NCBI GenBank assembly: GCA_003519445.1
Contig: DOWS01000012.1
Coordinates: forward strand, 14,134-59,929
Reading direction: 5' to 3'
DNA from: Candidatus Daviesbacteria bacterium
GTDB lineage: Bacteria > Patescibacteriota > Microgenomatia > Daviesbacterales > UBA10151
DNA: 45,796 bases
In this document: in pieces, positions 17,847-26,792 of the stretch
How the letters are laid out: every line of letters starts with the position of its first letter
Position numbering within the stretch: the first letter of the stretch is position 1
The notes under the pieces: model-generated
The model's database searches: none
What the model saw: only the letters and a program-made list of their open reading frames with translations
Told to the model about the DNA's origin: nothing
Made by a program: the position numbers and the translations under genes

Positions 17847-18810
17847 AGATCATATAATCCGCGCTACAGAATTAACTGCTATTTCAGTGGCCAGACTAAT
17901 TAGGGAAAAGGGGTTTTCCAAAGACGATCTTTTAACAGAAGAAGAGTCCAGAGCTCGCGAAAAGCTGATTGATCAAGCTGGGGTGGATGCCATGTATGCG
18001 GCCCTGACTGATATTCCCTTTGTTTTGGAAGTGGTAGGTAGTGAGGGAAGAAAGCATATTCACCAATATGGTGAGGCGTTGCCTACTTTAATGGGCACTT
18101 TTGGTTCGGGTAAATTGAAATTGGATATGGTTAATGATGTGGTGGAAGGGTCAAAAGCTGCCAAACTAAACTCTCCCGGAGCAGTTTCTGTCATTGCTGT
18201 TTCTTCCCACAAAGGCCTTATGGCCACGCCCGATGATATTGATTACATGGATAAACTCTTTGGCCCGCCCCAGCTGAAAAACAAAATTTCTATTAATAAT
18301 CCTGTTGAAGAAAATCTGGCAGAAGTGGTGGATGAATTTAGGGTAAAACCATCCCAAATTAATGTGGTAATGATGGACAGGGATAGGAATGCCCATTACA
18401 TTAATGCTTGCCAAAAATTTGGGGTAAATTTGATTTTAATTCAGGCAGGGGATTTTTTGCCTTCTGTTTTAGCTTGCATGGATCCTAAAAAACACAACAA
18501 AGGCATTTATTTAGTAATGGGGATTGGTGGGTTTGAAGAAGGGGTATTGGCTGCTGTTACTGCCAAGGCTTTAGGCGGCGTGGGAGAAGGAAAAGGCTGG
18601 TCTGGTGATAGCCGGATTCAGAAAAAATATACTAAAGTTTGGACAACAGATGATTTGGTTTCTGGCAAACTGGAAGATTGTTTGGTGTCGGTTTCTGCGA
18701 TAACTGATGAAAATAAGTATTTTTATCTTGACGGAGTAAAAAATGGTAAGGTCACAACCTTGACAGTTGACACTAGCGGTGTAAAGATAGTTAGGAATGA
18801 ACATAAATGA
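17833..18810 (+). CDS. glpX: Fructose-1,6-bisphosphatase class II
   Basis: IDQAGVDAM, VVGSEG, YMDKL, MDRDRN, GIGGFEEGVLAA; adjacent to fba. Confidence 0.8.
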   Translation: MKKVKDHIIRATELTAISVARLIREKGFSKDDLLTEEESRAREKLIDQAGVDAMYAALTDIPFVLEVVGSEGRKHIHQYGEALPTLMGTFGSGKLKLDMVNDVVEGSKAAKLNSPGAVSVIAVSSHKGLMATPDDIDYMDKLFGPPQLKNKISINNPVEENLAEVVDEFRVKPSQINVVMMDRDRNAHYINACQKFGVNLILIQAGDFLPSVLACMDPKKHNKGIYLVMGIGGFEEGVLAAVTAKALGGVGEGKGWSGDSRIQKKYTKVWTTDDLVSGKLEDCLVSVSAITDENKYFYLDGVKNGKVTTLTVDTSGVKIVRNEHK

Positions 18811-19756
18811 ATTAAAAGATATTGTTAAAAGATTAGTGGCACCAGGAAAAGGGATCCTGGCTGCGGATGAATCTTCTAAAACCATTCAAAAAAGATTTGA
18901 AAAAATTGGGGTAGAGTCAAATCCCGAAACAAATTTAGCCTACAGAAAAATGTTATTTACTACTTCAGGAGTAGAGCAGTATATTTCAGGCGTAATTTTA
19001 TATGACGAAACTATCAGGCAATCAATTGATGGAATTCCTGTCCCGCAATATCTGGAGAGCAAAGGCATTTTACCCGGTATTAAAGTTGATCAGGGGATAG
19101 TAGACGAGATTACTACTGGTCTTGATGGGTTAAGCGAGCGTTTAACCGAATATAAGAATCTGGGGGCTAAGTTTGCCAAATGGCGGGCAGTTATCGTTGT
19201 AGGTCAGGAGGATACTCTTATTGAGAAAAACGCTGAAAACTTGGCAAAATATGCCAGTCTCTGTCAGGAACAGGATATAGTGCCGATAGTTGAACCGGAA
19301 GTTTTAATGGATGGGGATCATGATCTGGAGAAATGTAAAGAAGTGACAAGTAAAACCTTGAAAGCGGTTTTTGCCAAACTGGTTGAGCATGGGGTAGTTT
19401 TGGAGGGGGTAATTCTAAAACCAAATATGGTAATTCCCGGAAAAGAATCAACTGTTCAAGCAAGCCCGCAAGAAATAGCAGAGACTACAGTAAAAACTTT
19501 CCTGGAAACAGTGCCAACGCAAGTGCCGGGGATAGTTTTTCTTTCAGGTGGCCAGACTCCTGATGAAGCCACAAAAAATTTATATGAAATTAATTTAATC
19601 GGCGGTTTATGGGAATTAAGTTTCTCCTATGGCAGGGCTTTGCAGGATGAAGCCTTAAAAGCTTGGGCAGGAAAAAGCGAGAATGTTCCTGCTGCCCAAA
19701 AAGCATTTTTGGAAAGAGCCAAAAAAGTCTCCCTTGCCCGCCAAGGTAATGCCTAA
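18797..19756 (+). CDS. fba: Fructose-bisphosphate aldolase class I
   Basis: GKGILAADES, FAKWRAV, VPIVEPEV, LKPNMV, FLSGGQ, SYGRALQ. Confidence 0.96.
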   Translation: MNINELKDIVKRLVAPGKGILAADESSKTIQKRFEKIGVESNPETNLAYRKMLFTTSGVEQYISGVILYDETIRQSIDGIPVPQYLESKGILPGIKVDQGIVDEITTGLDGLSERLTEYKNLGAKFAKWRAVIVVGQEDTLIEKNAENLAKYASLCQEQDIVPIVEPEVLMDGDHDLEKCKEVTSKTLKAVFAKLVEHGVVLEGVILKPNMVIPGKESTVQASPQEIAETTVKTFLETVPTQVPGIVFLSGGQTPDEATKNLYEINLIGGLWELSFSYGRALQDEALKAWAGKSENVPAAQKAFLERAKKVSLARQGNA

Positions 19757-19773
19757 GTGTTATAATAATTATT

Positions 19774-19974
19774 ATGGGTGAAATAATACCTTTTCCTAGG
19801 AGAGATAAATCTAGAAGAGTAACTCCACTTCAGGGGCGGGCTGCTCTACTGGCGGGAATAGAGCCAATTTCTTTAGAAGCATGGAGAAGAAATAGACACC
19901 GGCGTGATTTATCAGAAGAAGAAATAGATTTATTAGCAGAACAGCAAAGAAGACGCGGACCAGAAAACCCTTAG
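19774..19974 (+). CDS. Small hypothetical protein
   Basis: 66 aa, TATAAT just upstream of ATG. Confidence 0.55.
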   Translation: MGEIIPFPRRDKSRRVTPLQGRAALLAGIEPISLEAWRRNRHRRDLSEEEIDLLAEQQRRRGPENP

Positions 19975-20015
19975 AAAAGCTTTAAGAAGTGGGAGACTAG
20001 TTAAACTGATTTAAC

Positions 20016-20039
20016 ATGCCAGCCATATTTTTTGCCTTA
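20016..20039 (+). repeat. Copy of eamA 5' end (MPAIFFAL)
   Basis: ATGCCAGCCATATTTTTTGCCTTA vs 20371 ATGCCAGCCATCTTTTTTGCCTTA. Confidence 0.85.
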
Positions 20040-20159
20040 TCTTTTGGAAGTTCTTTTAGAAGGAAACTTGGCAAGGAAAATGAGAAACAGTAATACTACT
20101 ACTAATGCCAGTCCTACGCCTATATTTACTCTGGTTGCAAAATCTGTTAAATCTATCAT
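20037..20159 (-). CDS. 40-aa single-TM peptide
   Basis: MIDLTDFATRVNIGVGLALVVVLLFLIFLAKFPSKRTSKR; ATGA-coupled to upstream ORF. Confidence 0.6.
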   Translation of the reverse strand: MIDLTDFATRVNIGVGLALVVVLLFLIFLAKFPSKRTSKR

Positions 20160-20341
20160 AATTCCTCCAAAATATCTTCTATTTTAACTGCCATCACTAT
20201 AGATACTATAGCAAATGATAAAGATACGGTCAACACCATAATATCCTTTACTGTCAAAGGTAAAAGCAAGAGTCCTGATGCCGCATTAGACAAGATCGCC
20301 GACATTACCCTAAGATGAGAAGCTCGAATTTCAATAGACAT
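20156..20341 (-). CDS. 61-aa two-TM protein
   Basis: Two hydrophobic segments. Confidence 0.65.
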   Translation of the reverse strand: MSIEIRASHLRVMSAILSNAASGLLLLPLTVKDIMVLTVSLSFAIVSIVMAVKIEDILEEL

Positions 20342-20370
20342 GAATATAGTATAAAGGGTAAAATGAATTA

Positions 20371-21234
20371 ATGCCAGCCATCTTTTTTGCCTTAATTTCT
20401 TTTATTGGATGGGGAATAGGGGATATCTTTACCACCATCGCCTCAAGAAAATTAGGAGGTTATTCCATAGCTCTGTGGGGTTTTATTTTAAGCTTTTTAA
20501 TTTCCAGTCTGTATGCTCCTTTTGTTCTGGATAAATTGAGTCAGCTGACATGGGGACTTTTGATCTTAAGTATTTTTCTAGGTTTTATCCTGCTGGCAGC
20601 TTTTGTCTGGTTTACTGAAGGATTAAGAATTGGTAATCCGGCGCTGGTGGGGACAATTACATCCGGCTTTGTGGCTCTGGTGGTAATTTTTTCCATTATT
20701 TTCCTGGGAGAAACGATTACTTTCAGTCAAGCGATAGCTATTGCAATTATATTCACAGGATTACTTCTGTCATCTTTAGATTGGCGGATTCTAAAAAACC
20801 ATCATCAGTTTTTTAATAAGGGGGTGGTTCTGGCAATTCTAGTCATGATCGCTTGGGGTATTTTTTATACTTTTATAAAAATCCCCATTAGTAAAATCGG
20901 TTGGTTTTGGCCAAGTTACATCGCAGGAGCGACATTTCCTGTATTGTATGGATACATTAAATTAAAAAAAATTAAATTGCAGTCTCCTGTCCACCAAGGA
21001 GCTTTTTGGCCATTACTTACTCAAGTAGTCCTTCTTACTGGTGGGGGATTTAGCTTGAACTTTGCCTTGGAGAAAGGATTGACAAGTATAGTAGTTCCTA
21101 TTGCAGGCGCATATCCTGCCTTATTTGTCCTTTTGGCTTTTTTAGTTTTCAAAGACCCCATTACCAGACAGCAAATTGCAGGGATTATTACCACTTTGGT
21201 GGGAATTGTGCTTTTGTCTGTATTTAGTGTTTAA
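20371..21234 (+). CDS. EamA/DMT family transporter
   Basis: About 10 TM, two-repeat DMT pattern. Confidence 0.88.
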   Translation: MPAIFFALISFIGWGIGDIFTTIASRKLGGYSIALWGFILSFLISSLYAPFVLDKLSQLTWGLLILSIFLGFILLAAFVWFTEGLRIGNPALVGTITSGFVALVVIFSIIFLGETITFSQAIAIAIIFTGLLLSSLDWRILKNHHQFFNKGVVLAILVMIAWGIFYTFIKIPISKIGWFWPSYIAGATFPVLYGYIKLKKIKLQSPVHQGAFWPLLTQVVLLTGGGFSLNFALEKGLTSIVVPIAGAYPALFVLLAFLVFKDPITRQQIAGIITTLVGIVLLSVFSV

Positions 21235-21515
21235 ACAGAGGAATATTTGCCAAATTTAATAATTAAGTCTGTATTTAAAACTTGAGCCAGTCTTTTTAGG
21301 AAGGAAACAGAAGGGGTGGTCTGGGCATTTTCCACTCGCGATATCACAGATTGTCTGGTGTTGAGCTTTTGAGCCAGTTGAGCTTGGGTTAAATGTTTTT
21401 CAATCCGGGCCCGGATTAAAGCCCTGGCAATTTCATATTCCAGCCTAGTCCCTTCATAAACCTTTCTAAATTCAGGATCTTTTAATAATATTTTTCTGTG
21501 GGTTTCCCAATCCAT
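21231..21515 (-). CDS. HigA-like XRE antitoxin
   Basis: ARIEKHLTQAQLAQKLNTRQSVISRVE. Confidence 0.88.
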   Translation of the reverse strand: MDWETHRKILLKDPEFRKVYEGTRLEYEIARALIRARIEKHLTQAQLAQKLNTRQSVISRVENAQTTPSVSFLKRLAQVLNTDLIIKFGKYSSV

Positions 21516-21547
21516 ATATTAATAATATCACAATTTTGTAATATTTG

Positions 21548-21901
21548 TCAAGACATAATTCTGGATTGGTATTCTTTTAATCTAGCTAGGGCAGTTTTTA
21601 TCTCTTTGGTAGGCGTTTTCTGGGTCTTTTTGATAATTCCATGCAACAGTAAGAATTGTTTGCCCACAATGGCCACATAAAACAGGCGAATAGAACTTTC
21701 ACCTAAAATACGAAGTTCCCATAAAGGTGTGCCAGCTAATTTCTTGGCATGGTGAGAACCAATTTGGATTCCATATTCAGCTAACAAATCTAAGACATCC
21801 GCTATTTTATTCCGGATTCTAATATCTAAATTTTGAATAAAATCAAATATGGGGGATTGTCCCTGTGCAGTTTCATAATAGATAATTTTCCAGCGATCCA
21901 T
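21548..21901 (-). CDS. RelE/HigB (Gp49-like) toxin
   Basis: LWELRILG...RLFY...LLHGIIKKTQKTP. Confidence 0.88.
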   Translation of the reverse strand: MDRWKIIYYETAQGQSPIFDFIQNLDIRIRNKIADVLDLLAEYGIQIGSHHAKKLAGTPLWELRILGESSIRLFYVAIVGKQFLLLHGIIKKTQKTPTKEIKTALARLKEYQSRIMS

Positions 21902-21915
21902 AGTACAATAGTATC

Positions 21916-21944
21916 ATGCCAGCCGTCTTTTTTGCCTTAATTTC
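21916..21944 (+). repeat. Copy of eamA 5' end (MPAVFFALIS)
   Basis: 28/29 identity to 20371-20399. Confidence 0.88.
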
Positions 21945-22530
21945 ACCAAGAAGATGATAGTCTGCCTAGTTTAAACCTAATAAGAACAGTTAGGAGTAGG
22001 GTAACTATCAAAATATATACCGGCCAGCCAAAGTATGCAAAACTCCAAGTTTTTATAGTTAACAATGTAATTGCAGCAGCTAAACTACCGAGAAGATATA
22101 TTTTGTAATCTTCTGTTTCAGGGGCGTGATATGATTTAATAATTGTCGGTATAGCTGCCAAGCAATCAGCAATGATACTAAATATTATTGCAGTGTTTCC
22201 GGTTTTTGTAATATACCAGAGCAATATACCTGCTATAGAGAGCGTACCACAAATTATATCAAGACGGCCCAATCTCCAGAATGATTTTTTATTAGCAAAT
22301 GAAGCAAGAAAAATCATAAGCGGCGTGAATCCTGTCATAAAGGTCATTAGAGATTGCAGGCCAACGCCCTGTTTAATTTGGGCAGTAAAAGCGATAAATG
22401 GTATCACCGACCATAAAAGCCAAGTAACCCTATCTGGTTTTACCCCCCCCTTGATTGTAGCCACAAGATAATTAAGGCTCCCGATAAGGTTTAGAATTGC
22501 TCCTACAATAACAAAATTTTCATTTAACAT
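21943..22530 (-). CDS. Multi-TM membrane protein
   Basis: MLNENF...KPDRVTWLLW...AIPTIIKSY..PETE; likely start 22530. Confidence 0.75.
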   Translation of the reverse strand: MLNENFVIVGAILNLIGSLNYLVATIKGGVKPDRVTWLLWSVIPFIAFTAQIKQGVGLQSLMTFMTGFTPLMIFLASFANKKSFWRLGRLDIICGTLSIAGILLWYITKTGNTAIIFSIIADCLAAIPTIIKSYHAPETEDYKIYLLGSLAAAITLLTIKTWSFAYFGWPVYILIVTLLLTVLIRFKLGRLSSSW

Positions 22531-22560
22531 ATTTTGATTATATAGTAAAATAAAGCCATA

Positions 22561-23415
22561 ATGCCAGAACTCCCTGAAGTTGAAACAATTAAATTGGTTT
22601 TGCAAAGAAGAATCATTGGATTGACCATTAAAAAAATCCAGATACTTTCGCCTAAATCTTTCATAGGAAATCCCAATTCAGCAGAGGGACAAAAAGTACT
22701 CAAAATTGAGAGATTTGCCAAGTTACTGGCTGTTAATTTAGGCGAAGTAAATTTACTTTTCCATCTAAAGATGACTGGGCAACTGATTTTGCAAGGGGAA
22801 AGCGTAAAGCGTGAAGGGGAAAGGTATATTGGCGGGCATCCGACAGAAGATATGATGGGCAAAATGCCCAATTCTCATACAAGAGTTATTTTCAGTTTCT
22901 CGGACGGTTCAAAACTTTATTTTAATGACCAGAGAAGATTTGGATGGGTGAAGATAATTGACAATGGAAAATTGACAATTGACAATTTAGGGCCGGAACC
23001 ATTGGAAAAAGAATTTAATTGGCAAATTCTTAAAAAAAATTTATTAAAACATAAATCACAGCCTGTTAAAGTGGTTCTGATGGATCAGTCTGTTGTTTCC
23101 GGAGTGGGGAATATTTATTCTAATGAGGCTTGTTTTAATGCCAAAATTGATCCCAGAACTAAAGTAAGTAACTTAAGTAACTTACAATTTAAAAGATTAC
23201 ACTTAGGGGTACTTAAGTCTTTAAGAGATGGGATAGCACATGGAGGTTCAACCAGAGCCCATTTTCGAGACCCTGAAGGCCACAAGGGCTATTTTCTAGA
23301 CTATGCCTATGTCTATGGCTTGGATAAACACCCCTGTAAAGTCTGTAAAACCATCATTAAAAAAATCCAACTGGGAGGTAGAGGCACTTATTATTGTTCT
23401 AACTGTCAGAAATAG
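22561..23415 (+). CDS. mutM: Formamidopyrimidine-DNA glycosylase
   Basis: MPELPEVE, HLKMTG, DQRRFG, GVGNIY, C-terminal zinc finger. Confidence 0.97.
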   Translation: MPELPEVETIKLVLQRRIIGLTIKKIQILSPKSFIGNPNSAEGQKVLKIERFAKLLAVNLGEVNLLFHLKMTGQLILQGESVKREGERYIGGHPTEDMMGKMPNSHTRVIFSFSDGSKLYFNDQRRFGWVKIIDNGKLTIDNLGPEPLEKEFNWQILKKNLLKHKSQPVKVVLMDQSVVSGVGNIYSNEACFNAKIDPRTKVSNLSNLQFKRLHLGVLKSLRDGIAHGGSTRAHFRDPEGHKGYFLDYAYVYGLDKHPCKVCKTIIKKIQLGGRGTYYCSNCQK

Positions 23416-23421
23416 TATAAT

Positions 23422-24468
23422 GTGTTTATGGCAGAAAATCCATCACAACATGTGGAAAATCTCTCTCGAAGAAGATTTCTAAAAAATGTTGCTAAAGGGG
23501 CAGCAGTGGTAGGAGGTTTGGCAGTGGCAGCAAAAGTTCTCCCCCCGATTCTTTTTCCGGAAGGAATTTCTCCCGAGGACGGGGATAATTCTCCATCTAC
23601 ACCCCTGCCTGAAGGATTATCTGCAGATACACTTACTCAACAAGAGTTAGAAAAAGCTCATATTCGAATAATTCCAACACCGAAGGTAGCACTTTATTTG
23701 AGAAAAGGTATTTTTGATTTTCCTCTTTTTGAGTATGCAAGAAGAGGGGGATTAAAAGAGGTGGTAGTAGTTTTGGTTGATCACCCAAGTCTTAGCTGGA
23801 ATGCGAGGGATAAATTACCAGAAGATATAAAGCCAATCTATGAGTCTGGTATTGTTAATCCGAGAGAAAAATCAGCACCTGAGTATAAATCTAAATTAAA
23901 CCCACAACAACTAGAACAAGCTATCGTAAGTGAGTCGGAAAATACTACCAAAACTGGTACCATCATTAGGCTTGATTATCCTTATTGGTATGTCAATAGT
24001 TCACCTGTCAGTGACCTTCTAATGACAAAAGGTTTTTCAGGAGAAGCAAAGAGATTGAAGAGGGGAGCTAGACTACGAAGTAATTCAGAATTAATAAATA
24101 AGATATTTGTTTTTGTTGCTGTCGGAGGAAAACAAGAGCCCTCGCCTGACCAATCATACTTGTCGCCAGACCAGTTTAGCGAAATACCTGGAGCCCGTGG
24201 ACCTAGCTTTTATGATGAAGGAACTTATAGATTTATCAAGCCTAATACTGCAGGTGTCATACTAAGGCACGAAAGCTCACATTACAGCTCCTCATCAACT
24301 AAACCAGAGTATTATGCGGATACAGAAATGTTTAAATTTATCACTCGTGCTTGGGAAAAGAAACAAAAAGGAGATACCAGCGGTTATGCTTTTGTTTTTG
24401 TTACAAATCAAGGATTAACCTTCACCAAAAAGCAAAACGGGCCAGAAGAACCAAACCAGTCAGTTTGA
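23422..24468 (+). CDS. Orphan exported protein with twin-arginine-like leader and HExxH motif
   Basis: LSRRRFLK + TM; LRHESSH. Confidence 0.65.
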   Translation: MFMAENPSQHVENLSRRRFLKNVAKGAAVVGGLAVAAKVLPPILFPEGISPEDGDNSPSTPLPEGLSADTLTQQELEKAHIRIIPTPKVALYLRKGIFDFPLFEYARRGGLKEVVVVLVDHPSLSWNARDKLPEDIKPIYESGIVNPREKSAPEYKSKLNPQQLEQAIVSESENTTKTGTIIRLDYPYWYVNSSPVSDLLMTKGFSGEAKRLKRGARLRSNSELINKIFVFVAVGGKQEPSPDQSYLSPDQFSEIPGARGPSFYDEGTYRFIKPNTAGVILRHESSHYSSSSTKPEYYADTEMFKFITRAWEKKQKGDTSGYAFVFVTNQGLTFTKKQNGPEEPNQSV

Positions 24469-24479
24469 GAACCATTTAC

Positions 24480-24570
24480 TAAACACCCCTGTAAAGTCTG
24501 TAAAACCATCATTAAAAAAATCTCCCTAGCCGGCCGGGGAACATATTATTGTGGAAGATGTCAAAAATAA
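24480..24570 (+). repeat. mutM 3'-end copy 2
   Basis: First 43 bp identical to 23325-23367; KHPCKVCKTIIKKISLAGRGTYYCGRCQK*. Confidence 0.97.
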
Positions 24571-24609
24571 ACTGTTGTGGTGGTGGATTTTAGGTGATAT
24601 AATATAAAC

Positions 24610-24882
24610 ATGGAGAAACAGGTTTTAAACTACAGAATTATTATTGAACCGGAAAAAATGGGCAAAAAGACTGTCTATAATGCCTATTGTCCAACATTGG
24701 GCATAGCAGATTACGGAGATTCAATTGATGGAGTTTTGAAAAGTATTAAAGATGGAATTGAATTGGCTTTGGAAAGTTTAGCAGAAGAAGGTAAAGAGAT
24801 TCCTATTGATAATATTAGGGAGCAAACTGTCACTACAACCGAAGTAAGAGTGCCTGAAGGTGCCAGAATTGCTTTTGCATGA
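24610..24882 (+). CDS. hicB: HicB antitoxin
   Basis: YNAYCPTLGIADYGDSI. Confidence 0.85.
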   Translation: MEKQVLNYRIIIEPEKMGKKTVYNAYCPTLGIADYGDSIDGVLKSIKDGIELALESLAEEGKEIPIDNIREQTVTTTEVRVPEGARIAFA

Positions 24883-25103
24883 ATAAACTCCCCCGCAATG
24901 TTAAACCTCAAAGACTGATTAAGTTCTTGGAGAAACTTGGATTCCAAAAAGGGAAAGGTAGAGGAAGTCACATAAGACTTACTCATTCAGACGGCAGATG
25001 GACACAAGTAGCAGTTCATCCGGGCCCAGTTCCACGGGGGACTTTAAGAAAAATCATCAGACAAGCAGAACTTACAGAAGAGCAGTTAAATAATTTAAAA
25101 TAA
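24879..25103 (+). CDS. hicA: HicA toxin
   Basis: LGF..GRGSHIRL...VH..VPRGTLRKII. Confidence 0.9.
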   Translation: MNKLPRNVKPQRLIKFLEKLGFQKGKGRGSHIRLTHSDGRWTQVAVHPGPVPRGTLRKIIRQAELTEEQLNNLK

Positions 25104-25127
25104 AGGATATCCAACACACCTTCTTTA

Positions 25128-25214
25128 CACCCCTGCAAGATTTGTGGAAAGTTGATTAAGAAAATCACTCTTGGCGGACGAGGAACATACTTTTGCCCAC
25201 ACTGCCAGAAATAA
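25128..25214 (+). repeat. mutM 3'-end copy 3
   Basis: [28 protein letters not shown]. Confidence 0.93.
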
Positions 25215-25226
25215 CATTATCCCAGA

Positions 25227-25508
25227 TTATTTAAACTGTACTTGAAGCGTGGTATTTAAGGCTGCTGCCAAACGTTTAAGAAAAGAAATAGAGGGACTTG
25301 TCCTAGCTTGTTCAACCCGGGAGATAACAGATTGGGTGGTATTCATTTTTTCAGCCAGATCCGCTTGGGTTATTTTTTTCTCTATCCTGGCACGAATAAT
25401 TGCCCGGGCGATTTCAAACTCGGGTTGAGACTCGTCGTAAAGTCTTTTAAATTCAGGGTCTTTTAATAATTTTTGTTTATATGTGTTCCAACTGGTCATA
25501 TAATACAT
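25227..25508 (-). CDS. HigA-like XRE antitoxin
   Basis: Paralog of 21231-21515; own TTGACA promoter with palindrome TTATCGCAAATTTGCGATAA 25510-25529. Confidence 0.88.
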   Translation of the reverse strand: MYYMTSWNTYKQKLLKDPEFKRLYDESQPEFEIARAIIRARIEKKITQADLAEKMNTTQSVISRVEQARTSPSISFLKRLAAALNTTLQVQFK

Positions 25509-25547
25509 ATTATCGCAAATTTGCGATAAATGTCAATACCCCAAAAG

Positions 25548-25907
25548 TTAATTTTGGATTTTTCCCCTAAAATATTCCTGCAAACGCTCCTTTGCAATTC
25601 TAATTTCTTTGGTAGGTGTTTTTTGCTTCTTTTTCTTAAATCCATGGAGGAGGAGAAATATTTTTCCAGGAGTTGCCACATAGAATATACGGATGTTGTC
25701 TGATCCGAGAATGCGGTATTCCCACAAGTCGCTTCCAGTTAGCTTTTTAACATGCGGGTATCCGCCTTCCAGCCCAAATTCCTGCAATAATTCAATCGCG
25801 CGAGCCACTTTTAGCCTTGCTTTTGCTTCCAATGAATCAATAAACTTTTCAACTGGTTTCTCACTTCTTGCGGTTTCATATAGTTCAACCTTCCAAGCAG
25901 CATGCAT
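25548..25907 (-). CDS. RelE/HigB (Gp49-like) toxin
   Basis: LWEYRILG...RIFY...LLHGFKKKKQKTP. Confidence 0.88.
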   Translation of the reverse strand: MHAAWKVELYETARSEKPVEKFIDSLEAKARLKVARAIELLQEFGLEGGYPHVKKLTGSDLWEYRILGSDNIRIFYVATPGKIFLLLHGFKKKKQKTPTKEIRIAKERLQEYFRGKIQN

Positions 25908-25920
25908 AAGCCTATTTTAG

Positions 25921-25986
25921 CAAATTCTTAAAAAAATCTCCCTGGCCGGCCGGGGAACTTATTTTTGCGAACGCTGTCAAGCGTGA
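25921..25986 (+). repeat. mutM 3'-end copy 4
   Basis: ILKKISLAGRGTYFCERCQA*. Confidence 0.92.
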
Positions 25987-26033
25987 GCAAAATCAAGAAG
26001 GAAGCGCCATTGAACTTGTTCAAGGCGACTCTA

Positions 26034-26063
26034 TCTTATTTTTACCCAAAATGCCAAGGTTGA
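26034..26063 (+). repeat. Degenerate mutM 3'-end copy 5
   Basis: SYFYPKCQG* resembles TYFCPHCQK*. Confidence 0.5.
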
Positions 26064-26089
26064 CGAACCCCCAAAAGTGATGTATATTA

Positions 26090-26413
26090 GTGATGTATAT
26101 GCATCAACTACAGAGAACCCAAATTTATTTACCTGCTGATTTAAGGCGCGAAATAGACCGCCAGAGGGCATTAAATGGTGAAAGTTTAGCTGAATACACC
26201 CGTAAGGCTTTGGGTAATCGTGTGCAAAAAGGAAAAAAAGAAAGAGCCAATTTAAAGAAACTGGCCGATGAGGTAGTGGGTGCTGCTCGCGGCACCAGAA
26301 CTAAAGAAGGGGTATTAAAATGGGAAAAAGAAATACGGCGTGATCGTAAATTAGCTGATCAACAGTGGATCAATCGATGGGACGAAGCGGTCAAAAAAAA
26401 TGTATCTGCCTGA
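26090..26413 (+). CDS. Ribbon-helix-helix antitoxin
   Basis: QRTQIYL...SLAEYTRKAL. Confidence 0.8.
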   Translation: MMYMHQLQRTQIYLPADLRREIDRQRALNGESLAEYTRKALGNRVQKGKKERANLKKLADEVVGAARGTRTKEGVLKWEKEIRRDRKLADQQWINRWDEAVKKNVSA

Positions 26414-26774
26414 CACCAATATTTTTATCAAAGCTATCCAGGGTTTTGAACCAGAGGCAACATTTCTTAAGAAAAATATTAAGCGCGGGAATATTGTTAT
26501 TTCAGTAGTGGTGATTGGTGAGTTTTTCGCCAAATCTAATCCTGTGGAAGAAAATGCCTTTAATAATCTTTTAACTAAATTCAAAGTACTTGATATTGAT
26601 GAAGATACTGCCAGAGAAGCCGGATTATATAGAAGAGGGATGTCCGAGAAAACAAAACAGGGATTATTGCTGGATTGTTTTCTGGCAGCCTAGGCCAAAC
26701 TTAATCATTTAACTTTGGTGACCAATAATAAAGCCGACTTTCCCATGAAAGACATTGATGTCAAAAAGGTGTAA
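26400..26774 (+). pseudogene. vapC: PIN/VapC toxin with in-frame TAG at 26691
   Basis: PDTNIF...LLDCFLAA*AKLNHLTLVTNNKADFP; PIN C-terminal motif continues after the stop. Confidence 0.85.
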
Positions 26775-26792
26775 ACTAACCTTTGGGTAATT

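Noticed and set aside
23325-26063. CRISPR array or integron attC sites
   Set aside because: Repeats are protein-coding mutM tails with kb-scale spacing; no cas genes, intI or attC-type inverted cores seen
26691-26693. Stop-codon reassignment or amber readthrough
   Set aside because: TAG and TGA end many intact genes here (polA, recF, mutM TAG; Fic TGA); a CAG>TAG nonsense change is simpler
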